Assembly: GCA_013239625.1 (NCBI GenBank)
Contig: MU053561.1
Location: 3,798,283-3,834,595, forward strand
Direction of reading: 5' to 3'
Length of the DNA stretch: 36,313 bases
Source of the DNA: Lama guanicoe
Taxonomy: Eukaryota
Positions 10,179-20,655 of the stretch are shown piece after piece. How positions within the stretch are numbered: position 1 is the stretch's first letter; each line of letters starts with the position of its first letter. The notes under the pieces were generated by a model. That model was not told where the DNA came from, made no database searches, and was given only the letters and a program-made list of their open reading frames with translations. A program made the position numbers and the translations under genes.

Positions 10179-10545
10179 GTGTGTCTCATATACATGACTG
10201 GGACATTATGCTGTACACTAGAAATTGACACATTGTAACTGACTACATTTCATAAATAAATAAACAAACAAACAAATAAATAAATAAATAAAGTAGATGA
10301 AAATTTCCTCGCTCTAACCCTCGGGCAGACGGTTCCACAGCGATCCACAGAGGGCCCCTAGCAAGACTGAGCCCTGGATGCCTACAGCAGGAACCAGCTT
10401 GAATGTGCAAACTTGGCTTGATTTTCCCTCCCTCCTTTTACTCTTTCCCTAGTCCCTCGCTTCTGTTCCTTGCAATCACTTCTCAAACAATCTGCAGACA
10501 AGCCTGGGTGTGAAGCTCAACTTTTGCAGGAACCCAGGCTGCGAG
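10000..10545 (+). mobile_element. LTR16-like ERVL LTR 3' part, interrupted by an L1 tail
   Basis: GACTGAGCCCTGGATGCCTACAGCAGGAACCAGC…AATCACTTCTCAAACAA…TTTTGCAGGAACCCAGGCT parallels the LTR16 3' end. Confidence 0.6.
10040..10291 (+). mobile_element. Lineage-specific (camelid-type) L1 3' end with internal (TG)n(TA)n and a (TAAA/CAAA)n tail
   Basis: AGGGAACTATATTCAATATCTTG…CATGACTGGGACATTATGCTGTACACTAGAAATTGACACATTGTAACTGACTAC, flanked by AGTAGATGA at 10031-10039 and 10292-10300. Confidence 0.85.
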
Positions 10546-10799
10546 GCTGGCTTACTGTGTTTCTTAATTCGGCAGTGCCCTCTTCTGTTGGTACAGTGGG
10601 GTTCAGTTTCTTTGCTGAATAGTGTGTGGTGTCATCAGTGGCAGGGTTCTGATTTTGTGATGCCATCTGTTTCTAAGGAGACTTAAATTCAGATGTTTCA
10701 TCCTCTTTTTCTTTCACTATCAAGCCCCTAAGGGACGCCTTCTCCTTCCAAGTCACCTTCCTCTCCCGTAAAGTCCTTAAGCCTCACATACTTTCTCTG

Positions 10800-11240
10800 T
10801 TATTGTCTTGCTTTTATTGTTTTCTTTTTAGGTTTTATCAGGTATTATCATTATTACTGCACTATGCAGTTGATATTGTTTAGATTTACTCACATCTTTT
10901 CTGTTTTATTTTCTCATTTTTCTTTCTCACATAGCAGATATTCCTTCTGGAATAATTCTTCTTTCTAACAGATTCTCTGGAATTCCTTTTAGTGATGGTC
11001 TGTGGTGGTCAACGCCTTCAGTTTTTATTTGCCTAGAAATGAATTTATTTCATCTTTGTATTTGAAAAATATTTTTCCTTGTTCTATAATTCTAGTTATT
11101 TTGTTTCTCAGCAAATTAACAATATCATTCTGCTATATTCCTTTGTTTTTGTCTTTGAGCAGACAGCTGTCTGCTTAATTGTCAATTTTTATAGCTAATC
11201 TCTCCTTTCTCTGCTTTGAAGATTTTTTTCTGCAGACTTT
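10800..11240 (-). mobile_element. Very old L1 (L1ME-like) ORF1-region fragment
   Basis: T-rich antisense L1 motifs: AATTCCTTTTAGTGATGGTCTG…TCAGTTTTTATTTGCCTAGAAATGAATTTATTT…TTCTCTGCTTTGAAGATTTTT. Confidence 0.6.
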
Positions 11241-11279
11241 ATACTTTTTTTTTTACTTTTTTTTAAAGTATTTTCTTTA

Positions 11280-11440
11280 ATAAACATTTAGCCCTTTACT
11301 AAGTGTTAGGCATTTCTAAGCTATTTGTAAATATCAACTCATTTAAATCTCAAAACAACCTTATGAGGTAGGTATTATTAAGTGTCTTTACATATGAGGA
11401 GACTGAGGCTCAGAAAAGTTAAATAACTTCCCCAAAGTTC
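11280..11440 (-). mobile_element. MIR
   Basis: AACTCATTTAAATCTCAAAACAACCTTATGAGGTAGGTATTATT…ATGAGGAGACTGAGGCTCAGAAAAGTTAAATAACTT. Confidence 0.88.
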
Positions 11441-11444
11441 AGGC

Positions 11445-12785
11445 AGGAAGAAGTGCACTGATGGGCATGTGCTTGTGGAAACCACTGGTCTTGCCATGTT
11501 CGTCACCACCCTGAAGCAGATGGCATGAGCCTTTTGAAGACTCAATGGTAGTGCCAGCTAGGTGGCAGTACATAGCAGGATCGGGGCATGGTTGTCTAGA
11601 AAGCTGTATATGCTCTGAATCAGCACCCAATACATGGTGCTTTTCCTCTCACAGTCCAGATTCACAGGTCCAGGATGCCAAGGGTGGGGGTGGGAGGGGC
11701 CACACTCACGATTACCCCTGGTGACCCGATAGCAAAATTTTTTCTTCCTGTTCCCATGATCTTATGCTTTGCTGGCCTAGAGGTCTTAGTTCCAAAGGGA
11801 AGAATACTTCCACCCCAAGACACAACAATGATTTCATTGAACTGGAAGTTAAGACTGCCACTCAGTCACTTTGAACTCCTCTTGCTCTGAATCAACATCA
11901 AAGAAGGGAGTTACTGTGCTGGCTTCTGTGACCCAGCCCATCTGGCGAGGAGAACTTGGACTTCTGCTCCGTGATGGCAGTAAAGACGAATATGTCAGGA
12001 CTGTGGGAGATTCCTTAGGGTGTTTTTAAATATTACCATGCCCTGTGATTAAGATCAATGAAAAACTACAGCCACCTAGTCCAGACAGGACTATTGATGA
12101 CCTAGACCCTTCAGGAATAAAGATTTGGGTCATCCCATCATGAAGGCAAAGGGAATCTGGAGTGAATGAATGAGTAGTTTTTTTTATATTTTATATATTA
12201 TATTTTTATGTATTATAATATTATATATAATTTTATATTTTATATATTATGTATTTTATAAATTTTATAAATATATTTATATTTTATAATTATATAAAAT
12301 AAATATAAAATATAAGTATATTATATTGTATATTATATATAACATATATACTTTTATGTATTATATATTTTATAAATTTTATTAATATATAAAATATATT
12401 TATATATAAATATATTTTATATATTATAACATTATATATAATCTTTCTCTCTATATATGCATAATATACATATTATAATATACTTTTTTGTTTTCTTCCC
12501 TCTTTTAGTCCCTTACCAAGAAACATAACATGTATTGACTTTACATCATAATATTTGCATATTGCTAATTTTACATCATAGTATTTAAGCTACAGGATAT
12601 CAAGGTGAAGTGTAAGCATCGCTCGAGGAATTTACCTCTTCTTCCAGGGGATGGCTTAGTCCATTTTCAGTTATACACAGGATAGTTGTGCCATGTTAGG
12701 TGGAATTATGACCTTATTGTGTTTAATTGGAGATTAAATATGGTTTTAGGTGATGTGATATGTGCCAAGCTGACAATGATAGACT
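11445..12785 (+). mobile_element. ERVL (HERV-L/ERVL-E-like) internal 3' region: integrase C-terminus and dUTPase remnants
   Basis: ORF 11675..11890 'LTITPGDPIAKFFLPVPMILCFAGLEVLVPKGRILPPQDTTMISLNWKLRLPLSHFELLL' matches the ERV-L pol/dUTPase junction. It has multiple stops and frameshifts and leads directly into an MLT2 LTR. Confidence 0.88.
12178..12488. repeat. ~310-bp degenerate AT-rich/(TA)n low-complexity tract
   Basis: Almost exclusively A/T, with TATAT/TTTTATA units. Confidence 0.92.
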
Positions 12786-13008
12786 AGTGATGATTAATTT
12801 TATGTGCCAGCTTGCCATGGAATGCCCAGATTGTTGGCCAAATACTATTCTGGTATTTCTGTGAAGGTGTTTTTGAATGAGTTTAACATTTAAACCGATA
12901 AACAGAGTAAAGCAGATTGAACTCCCTACTGTGAGTGGGCCTCATCCAATCAGTTGAAGACCTGAATAGAACAAAAAAGACTGATCCCTCCTTGAATAAG
13001 AGGGAGTT
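12786..13008 (+). mobile_element. MLT2 (MLT2D-like) 3' LTR of the ERVL, truncated
   Basis: GTGATGATTAATTTTATGTG…TAAAGCAGATTG…GGGCCTCATCCAATCAGTTGAAGACCTGAATAGAACAAAAAAGACTGA. Confidence 0.88.
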
Positions 13009-13210
13009 GGGGATGAGGGGTAGAGATTCAGAGATGGCCACGCTGAATCTGTGTCTGTTTCTAGTGATGTTCATAAAGTCAAAACATACAAGCCTGAAAT
13101 GCAGGAGATTTTGCTGAAGATACAGATTTAGGAGTAGTCAGTGTGGGTCTTAGAACCCTGCAAGTGTACCTAATTATCCATGCAAAGCAGGACAGTTAGA
13201 AGATTCAGAG

Positions 13211-13395
13211 AGCTGTTCTCAAAGTGTGGTCCAGAGCCTTGCCTCACAATCCTGAGATGCTAGTTAGAAAACCACATTCCTGGATTCCCTCTTGACCATC
13301 TGAGTTAAAGCCTCAGGATCTAGATCTCAGGAGTCCTCATTTTTTTTTTTTTTAACAAGCATCCAAGTGATCTTCGTGCACACCTGTCAGAGCAG
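13211..13395. mobile_element. MER5-type hAT-Charlie MITE
   Basis: GTTCTCAAAGTGTGGTCC at the start, and …CATTTTT…AACAAGCATCCAAGTGATCTTCGTGCACAC near the end. Confidence 0.7.
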
Positions 13396-14252
13396 AGGAT
13401 GTCCACTCAGCAAGAAGGCAAGCTGACTTCTGGGAAGAGCTGCACAACTGACAGGGTAACAGATGGCTTCACAGCCACTAGATGGCGCCAAATCCACACG
13501 AAATCGCCAGTTTTGCACTCAGTCCCTCAGCCAAAATATAAAAGGACTTGCAAAAGGTTCTTCAAAAGAAATTTCAGAAGAGGATGTCCACCAGCCTTCC
13601 TCACAGTGAAGGAGAGACAAGGATGAAACCTACGCTGACACTGTCAGTCCCCCTGAGAAAGATCTGCCCCAAGTTGCCTACCGTGTGTCCCCAGCAGAGG
13701 CCAGGCTTGAAGTTTCAGGTTTGCCCCACAGAACCAGGTTCTCGGGGGGCATTCTGCACTCCTTTCCTCAGAAGCAATACCTCCATGTCCTTCCAGGTAG
13801 AGCTGATAAAACCATGATCTTCTCTAACAAACACATCCGCTCTCCTGCTCCCCTGCCCTCTCCACCCTCACATGCCTGACGCGCCTGTAACAGACCCAGG
13901 AGCCTGGGTCTGTAACAGCCTGTAACAGACCCCTCCACTCTCCTGCTTTCACCTCAGACCCTCAGTGCCTCTCACCCGAGCCACTTCCACGGAGCTCGAC
14001 CTGCGCTCCTCTCCCCTCCAGGCTGTCCACATCCAGCTGTTGATCTTAAAGCATTGCTGCTCAACTGACTCAAACCCTCAGCCTGACGCCAAGACCCTCA
14101 TCTTCTGGGCCGTTTGGTATGAAAGACGATCGGAGCTTCTGCGTCAGAGGAGTGTTAGTGGAGGGGCCTGAGAAGGGAAGAGGAGACTCGGGGGCCACTG
14201 GGTACGTGAAGAGGGATGCAGGAGCACCCCAAGTAAGGAGAGGGAGCCAATC

Positions 14253-14713
14253 GGCAGGGTTCAGTCAGGAACCCCCAGGAGAGAGAAGACACACCTGAGC
14301 AGGGTTGCCCAGGATGGTTTCATGAAGAGCAGGGTACAAGGGAAGGGGAGGATTGCAGAAAACCAATGACAGATGATAGTTGCAGCCATGCGAGCAAAAG
14401 TGGGGAGAGAGCCATCACCATCACTGGGCCAAGGGTCAAGTGCAGGGCAGCTACTGGAATCCAGTGGGAGAGCTAGAGCCGTAGGAGAGAGCCAGGACTA
14501 GGATGCCGGAGGTGTGGGGGAGGTGAATGCCCCCACCTCGAATTTCCGGAATCTCCACTGCCTGCCTCCTCCCATCTCACTGCCTTGGATAAGCTCAATG
14601 GGAAGCCAGAGGGCATGGGAGCCTTTGATGCTGGTGTGAATTTCAGTCCGAGGCAGAGGGCAAAGGGGCGAAGGCAGGACAGGATCATGGAGGAACAAGA
14701 GACTGTCTGCACA
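14253..14713 (-). mobile_element. LTR33-like ERVL solo LTR
   Basis: The minus strand starts TGTGCAGACAG… and contains GCATCAAAGGCTCCCATGCCCTCTGGCTTCCCATTGAG, an LTR33 hallmark. It ends near …TTCCTGACTGAACCCTG. Confidence 0.7.
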
Positions 14714-14789
14714 AGAAGCTGGGACCAGGAGAGACACACTTTGGTGTTCAGCCCTTCGCAATTTCATCATGATGGAGCAGGCAAGTGCT

Positions 14790-14958
14790 GGATGTTGGAG
14801 CCCCAGGGAACTGTGCCCGGCCCTAAAACCTACTCCACTGTAGACGCTTTGGGCAAGTTCCTTAATGCCTAATGTGGAACAGTGGGAATGATCAGAGGCA
14901 TCTGCCAGGTTTGGTGCAGATTTAAGGAGATAACGTGTGCCGATCACATGAGCTTGGC
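14790..14958 (+). mobile_element. Degenerate MIR
   Basis: CTTTGGGCAAGTTCCTTAATG…GGGAATGATCAG…GATTTAAGGAGATAACGTGTG. Confidence 0.55.
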
Positions 14959-16039
14959 CAGAGACTGGACTGGATTGGCTCCAAGGCTGGGTAGGGCTGA
15001 TGAAGGAAGGCCTGGGGTCCTCAGGTCCCCCTCACACCCACATCAGAAAGACACTGTGTCCCCCACAAGGCCCAGCACCAGCCTTGTGTTTCTATAACCG
15101 GCCCACTTCCTGTCGTGTACACAGACTGCTCCCTCTAACACACACTGCCGTCCCCCCACTTCCACTGCCGGCCTGGAGAGGACCACACAGGACAGTGCAG
15201 GGTGGGGAGGCAGCGCCAGGAGGGCCTGAGTCTCTCCTGCACAGGAAGCCTGGAATGTGACCCCCATATTATCTCTAAATGTCGTCCTTTGGTTAGTGCT
15301 TTTTTGTTACAAAAAAAAAATCAATGAATACTGTATAAATTGCCCTTTTTATGATCCCATTTTGGCATTTATCCATTTCTTAAAAGTATGATAGTGGCTT
15401 TGGGAAATGGAAGTAGATGAGGCCTTTCCCAGACTGTGGAAGGCCCTGCTCTGGAGGGTCACAGAGGAACTGAAATGAAGCAGGTACTTGTGCAGGTGAG
15501 TTCTAGCTCGTCTCTCCCCCGCCCCTCTGAGGCAGCCCCATGAGTTAGGAGAGACCCAAAAGCAGATCTGGTTCATCTGTGAAGCAGGGTTGCTGAGGGC
15601 CTGGGCCTGGCCCGAGGCTGCCCAGCTTCCCCTCGCTTCCTCCAGGTGGGTGGCCAGCTCCTCCCTAACAGAGCATGGGGCCTCAGCTGAGGTCCGCCCA
15701 AGAGAGGATGCACCCCACAGCCCAGCCCCTCCGGCCTCTGCAGCCGCTGCCAAAAGCCACACACAAGAACGCCCAGGGATGCTGCAGACTGCCCCCGACA
15801 CTGGCTCCCGGGCTGAGTACAGTCACCTGGGGCACCGGAGCCTCAGAGTCCCAGACACACACACCCCGTTGGGGAAGAATGACAAACTCTGGACCCTGGC
15901 CCCCAGAGGTGGAAGCCTTGGCAAGCAGAAGTGGCCACCGAGGATTACAAACGTGTTGAGGGAGAACAGTGATGTCAGGTGGCTTACTAACTTGCTAATG
16001 CAACAGGCACGGGGGATCCTTGAGGGGGGAAGTGCTGAT

Positions 16040-16235
16040 GATAACCATAGCATTTACTTCTGGCCCGGGACTGGGCTAAATGTCTTACAGACATTATCGG
16101 CCACCCCAGACTGTGGGTATTGGTTTCTCAGTCCACAGATAAGGAAATCGAGGGCTGAGAGAGGTTAGGTAACTTGCTAGCTTATGCAGGAGTAAGGGAT
16201 GGAGGATTCCGGACCAGATCTGTCTCCCCAGCTGT
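16040..16235 (-). mobile_element. MIR
   Basis: ACAGATAAGGAAATCGAGGGCTGAGAGAGGTTAGGTAACTTGC. Confidence 0.75.
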
Positions 16236-16564
16236 TAACACCAGGGTTTCATGTCCGCATTCCTGGAAGGAAAGGAGAGAAGGAAAGAGGGGAGGAGAGA
16301 GGGAGGGAGGGACGGAGGGTTTAGCAGCAGACCCCCATATAGGCCAAAGTGGCTAAGAGGTAGCATTATCAAGAGCCTAGGAGAATGGTTCCACATGTAA
16401 ATGTATTTTTGTTGTATTTGCAGCAGGAGGTGAGCTCCATGTCCTTCCATTCTGCCATCTTGATCCGCTCTCTCTATGGAGAGCCTACATCTGACCTCCC
16501 CAATTTAATATTTAACCTCTCTTAAAATCTCAATCAGACACTGTCTCTCCTTAGTTGCAAGTCT

Positions 16565-16855
16565 TCTCTCCCTTCCTTCCTCCCTTCCTTCCTTCCATCT
16601 CCTTTTATATTCCTCTGCCATACCATGCCCTGTACTACTCTGTCCTGGGCTTGCCAGGATAATGACAACGTGCAAATGCTTTGAGAATCCTGGAGGGGGA
16701 GTTTGTCTGTCTAGAAGAGGATCTGGGAAGGCTTCCCCAGGAGGAGGAATTTTAGTTGAGTCTGGAAGAATGTTTGAGTTTGCTGTGGGAATCCTTCTGG
16801 TGGAGAAATGGAGGTAGGGATTTTAGGCAGAGGCAGGAGCATGTTAGAAAGCCAA
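16565..16855 (-). mobile_element. L2 3' fragment (left part of an L2 split by the ERV complex)
   Basis: (TTCC)n-like tail, then ATCTGGGAAGGCTTCCCCAGGAGGAGG…TTGAGTCTGGAAGAATG…AGGCAGAGGCAGGAGCATGT. Confidence 0.6.
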
Positions 16856-17117
16856 ACCCAAGAAACTCTTTCCTCCAGACTTTACCTGCAACATCCACAA
16901 ATGTAAGGAACTCCCTCTCTTCTCCAGGTCCCCGCAAATCGACAAAGGTCTCTGGCTTTCCAGGAAGTGGTCTTCTTTATCATCTGTGAGAATGGGACCC
17001 TGGAAGCCAGGGACCAACTTACACTCCCAACTTATATTCCTTAGTGCTTCGTAAGGATCAGTTTGATGAAGGTAGTCAGCCTTTGTTTCTTAAAAATGGC
17101 TGGTCAGCCTTACTTCA

Positions 17118-17261
17118 CTTAATATTATAATCTCTTGTAATGAGCTGTAATGGAAAAGAATCTGAAAAAAAATATGTATGTATATGTATAACTGAATCAC
17201 CTTGCTGTACACCTGAAACTAACATTGTAAACTGACTACACTTCAATAACAAATAAAAATA
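17118..17261 (+). mobile_element. Cetartiodactyl-type L1 3' end with a long TSD
   Basis: TAATGGAAAAGAATCTGAAAAAA…GTATAACTGAATCACCTTGCTGTACACCTGAAACTAACATTGTAAACTGACTAC plus an A-rich tail. The 26-bp flanking repeat at 17092-17117 and 17262-17287 is 23/26 identical. Confidence 0.85.
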
Positions 17262-17935
17262 AAAAATGGCTAGTCATACTTACTTCATTCTTAAACATGA
17301 CATTCAAGACAAGGTCTTGGTTGCACAATCTGTTTGTCCAGTCATATCTTGGTAAGAATTTATGCAAGTAACTGTGTCACCACAGAAAGTAAGGAAAGTA
17401 GGAATTCAGAACTTCTTATTTGTGGTCCGAGGATAATCAGATATCCTTTTAAAAATGTTTTATTTCAGTTTACAAAAGTAGCATTTACTAAGTTGATTTG
17501 GATTATGGAAAGCTTAGGAAGAAGGACTTATGTATATGGAAGATAAACCATAAAATGATGTCAACAATATTTAAAATAAAAAGTCACAAAGATGTTTTTC
17601 ATCAGTTCATTCAGTCTGATGTCCTTAATTCGTGTTCTGCTGGATCTTGGGTTAGTAGTCTGCTCTCATGAAGCTGTCTCTGAACTAAAAGCAGTCCTGG
17701 GAATTCTGACTCAGTCCACTGTTATGAAAGTCATCTAAGCAGAGCCAGCTCAGAAACCTGGACCTAAGAGATCAGTCTTTGAAGCATCAATAGTTTGTAG
17801 TATGTGGTCCAATCCATTCCCACAAGCTGGACTCTAAGACTATCCTTTGCTGAAGACACGAACGCTGGCTTGTAGCTTATAGAAGAGACTTCAAGCAAGT
17901 AACTGAATGAGACAAAAGCTATCTGTTAATGACAA

Positions 17936-18410
17936 TATACCAATGGACCAGAGCCAGACTACATAAAAAGTAGAACCTGACCCACAACTTGCAGCGACCA
18001 GCTCAGGAAGCCAACCTTCTCTCTGCTGCAACAGAAGCCAAAGGATAATTGCTGTAGCATTCAGCCCCGAAGGGCCAGGACTTGATTGTAAGTGACAGCT
18101 TCCCTAATTTTTGCCCCAGCTTCCAGCTTAGGGCCAGCCAGTAAAAGCCAAACATACTCCTCTAACCAGTCACACAGGATGTCTTGTTTCTCATTAGCCA
18201 CCTCCAGCTTCTCCAGGTAACATCCTCCTATTAGGGCACACCTGAAACCTTCCCTTTTACCCACCATAGAGCTTTCCCACTCCACTGTCCACCTGTGAGT
18301 TTCTGCCAAGATGCAAGTGACAGTGGCTGACTCCTTTGCTACAGCAAGTTCAGAATAAACAGCCTTTGCTTGTTTTCACAATTGGGTGGCTTTTAAAAAA
18401 AATGTCCACA
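17936..18410 (+). mobile_element. ERV1-type solo LTR (MER90/MER110-like)
   Basis: GACCCACAACTTGCAGCGACCAGC…CAGCTTCCCTAATTTTTGCCCC…GGCTGACTCCTTTGCTACAGCAAG…AATAAACAGCCTTTGC…TCCACA. It is absent from the homologous position in copy B (~22470). Confidence 0.7.
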
Positions 18411-18603
18411 ACACAGACCTAATGGCTATGGTTACTTTATAACTGATCATTTTCAAATGTGAAAGGTCTAATGAAGGTTGATAAAATGAAAAGGGCACTG
18501 GTCAAGGAATTTTGGTTGTTTGAATGGAACATAAAATAAAGATAGAAAATCTTAAGGTTAACCTATAATAATCTCAAAACATATTTTTTCTTAAAATATT
18601 AAA

Positions 18604-18697
18604 AGATTCAGTAAGTATGGAGTAGGGCCTAGATATCTGCATTTTTATAAAACTCCAAGAATAGGTGGGAGGTGCATCCTAACTTGAGAGCCACTGG
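18604..18697. mobile_element. MER5A-type half element
   Basis: GATTCAGTAAGTATGGAGTAGGGCCTAGATATCTGCATTTTTA…CTTGAGAGCCACTG. Confidence 0.7.
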
Positions 18698-18701
18698 CCT
18701 A

Positions 18702-18910
18702 CACTATATAAAAAAATAGGTTTTAAAAAGTTTCTTTTGTATAGCGCAGGGAACTATGTTCAGTATCTTGTAATAACCTTTAATGGAAAAAAATATGAAA
18801 ACAAACATATGTGTGTATATGCATGACTGGGACATTGTGCTGCACACCTGAAATTGACACATTGTAATTGATTGTACGTCAATTAAAAAAAAGAAAAAAG
18901 AAAAAAAAAA
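18702..18910 (+). mobile_element. Camelid-type L1 3' end with poly(A) and TSD
   Basis: Same subfamily as 10040-10291 (CATGACTGGGACATTGTGCTG…GAAATTGACACATTGTAA), with an A-tail to 18910. TSD AGAGCCACTGGCCTA (18687-18701) / AGATCCATTGGCCTA (18910-18924). Confidence 0.88.
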
Positions 18911-19984
18911 GATCCATTGGCCTAGAAGAAGCTTTATGCAAATAAAGGTAGTAGGATTGTGGCCAATTAAACATTTTAATAATATGCAAAATCGTTACAG
19001 GTGACATGATACTGCTGTTTTGTAATCTGAGGCAAAGCAACCCTAGGGCTCTGACAAGCGCAGGGAAAGGCGGCAGCCCTGCTTCATCAGGGTGGAGAGC
19101 AGTGCTCTCCTGGAGGGAAAGCGCTGTGACATCAAGGGTACTGACCATTAGCCAGGGACATCCCACAAAGCACGCATTCCTGGAATATTTATATTAATAA
19201 CATTGTATCTACAAGTTTAACCTCGGACAGGATGAGTATCTTCTCTGATGTGACAACTCTGCCCATGTATCTCTTAGAGTAGAAACATATCAAATAAATC
19301 AAATTATTTCTAATGCTGTTTCTAATTCTACTCCTTCTCTTTATAAAGTGAAAGAACAAATCTTTGTGATTTTCCAGGAAACTGGAAAGATAGGTTTAGG
19401 TGTAAGAGAGATCCTAAAAGTCTTATTCTTTCCTATATCTAGGATCCAACTTTGAGGAGGCAAAAATTGAAAAAAATAAAAAGCTGTAAGAGGAGATTTG
19501 GACACTTGAGTAAGATAAGATTGTGGGTGATGAGAACCAGTACTTGGTTACCTATTCAATCAAAATGACAATAAACATTAAAGAATAAACATTGAAGGTG
19601 ACATAGGATTGAAAAGAATCTTAGTTCTCTTGTAAGTGAAGAATCTTTGTTATGTTTTTTCCTTAAATAATAAAGGTCTTAATAAAGTCAGTATAAAGTT
19701 CAGAAAATTATGCCGGTAAGACCTAGAGTGTCTGCTACACAGGGAGGTTATGAAGGAGACAGAGATTAACCTTTCACTTTATATACAAATGCATTCATTG
19801 GAAAACCAGGTAAGCCCATCGACGTTGAATGAAACTTACTATTTCAAAAGTTTAAGACAGTTCATAGCCTTTTCTCCAGATGCAGGCATGGTAAACCAAG
19901 GAAAATAAACTTAGCTTTCCAAGCTTTGTCCTTGCTCGTGCTCTTTCATGTTCTGGAGCAAACTGGCACTTTAAGGCAGCAGAT

Positions 19985-20183
19985 CTCTCACGGGTCCAGG
20001 AGGTAGGAACTATTTTACTAGTGATACTAAGATGTTATTTATGTTAGCATGCAATGCACTTATCATTTCTATCTTAAAATAAGCCAATTCATAAATGAGT
20101 ATTTATAAAATTTCTGAGTATCAATTTCTAATATGAAAATACTGTCAGTGGTGTGACCCATGGATAAAAAGCTCTCTGAGATC
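19985..20183. mobile_element. hAT-Charlie (Charlie1-like) non-autonomous fragment
   Basis: GGGTCCAGGAGG…AACTATTTT…ATACTAAGATGTTATTT and TTTCTAATATG…ACCCATGGATAAAAAGCTCT motifs. Confidence 0.5.
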
Positions 20184-20185
20184 GG

Positions 20186-20655
20186 CAGTGGGCAGCCCTC
20201 TAGACGATCACTGGGGATTCTGTCTCCTCGTATTCACACCTTGGTGTAATCGCTTCTCCTGAAGTGTAGGCTGGACTTACTGACGTGCTTCCAATAAACA
20301 AAATACGACAGCAGTGATGAGAGGTCAGTTCTGACATTGGGCATTCTGATCGCCAATACCCCAGGACCGTGACTCCCTTCCAGGTGACTTCTCCCGCTCT
20401 CTGGCTCACTCTGAGGGAAGTCAGCTGCCGCGCTGTGGTCTGCCCTCTAGAGAGGCCCAGCTAGGAGGGTGCTGAGGAAGGCTTTCGGCCAACAGCCAGT
20501 GAGAAACTGAAGACCTCTGCCTGACTGCCCACCGTGAACTGAGTCCTTCTGACACATGCGTGAGCTTGGAGGTGGACTCTTGCCCAGTTGAGCTTTCACA
20601 TGAAGCTGCAGCCCTGGCCAACAACTTGTCAGCAACCTCATGAGAAACCTTAAGG
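20186..20655 (+). mobile_element. MLT1E-type MaLR LTR (3' truncated)
   Basis: GGCAGCCCTCTAGACGATC…CTCCTCGTATTCACACCTTGGTGTAATC…GCCAACAGCCAGTGAGAAACTGAAG…GTGAGCTTGGAGGTGGA…GCAGCCCTGGCCAACA. Confidence 0.85.

Noticed and set aside
9159..18910. All four young L1 tails lie on the + strand, hinting at a host-gene orientation bias
   Set aside because: With n=4 this has a 1-in-8 chance, and the SINE and RPSA retrocopy are on the minus strand.
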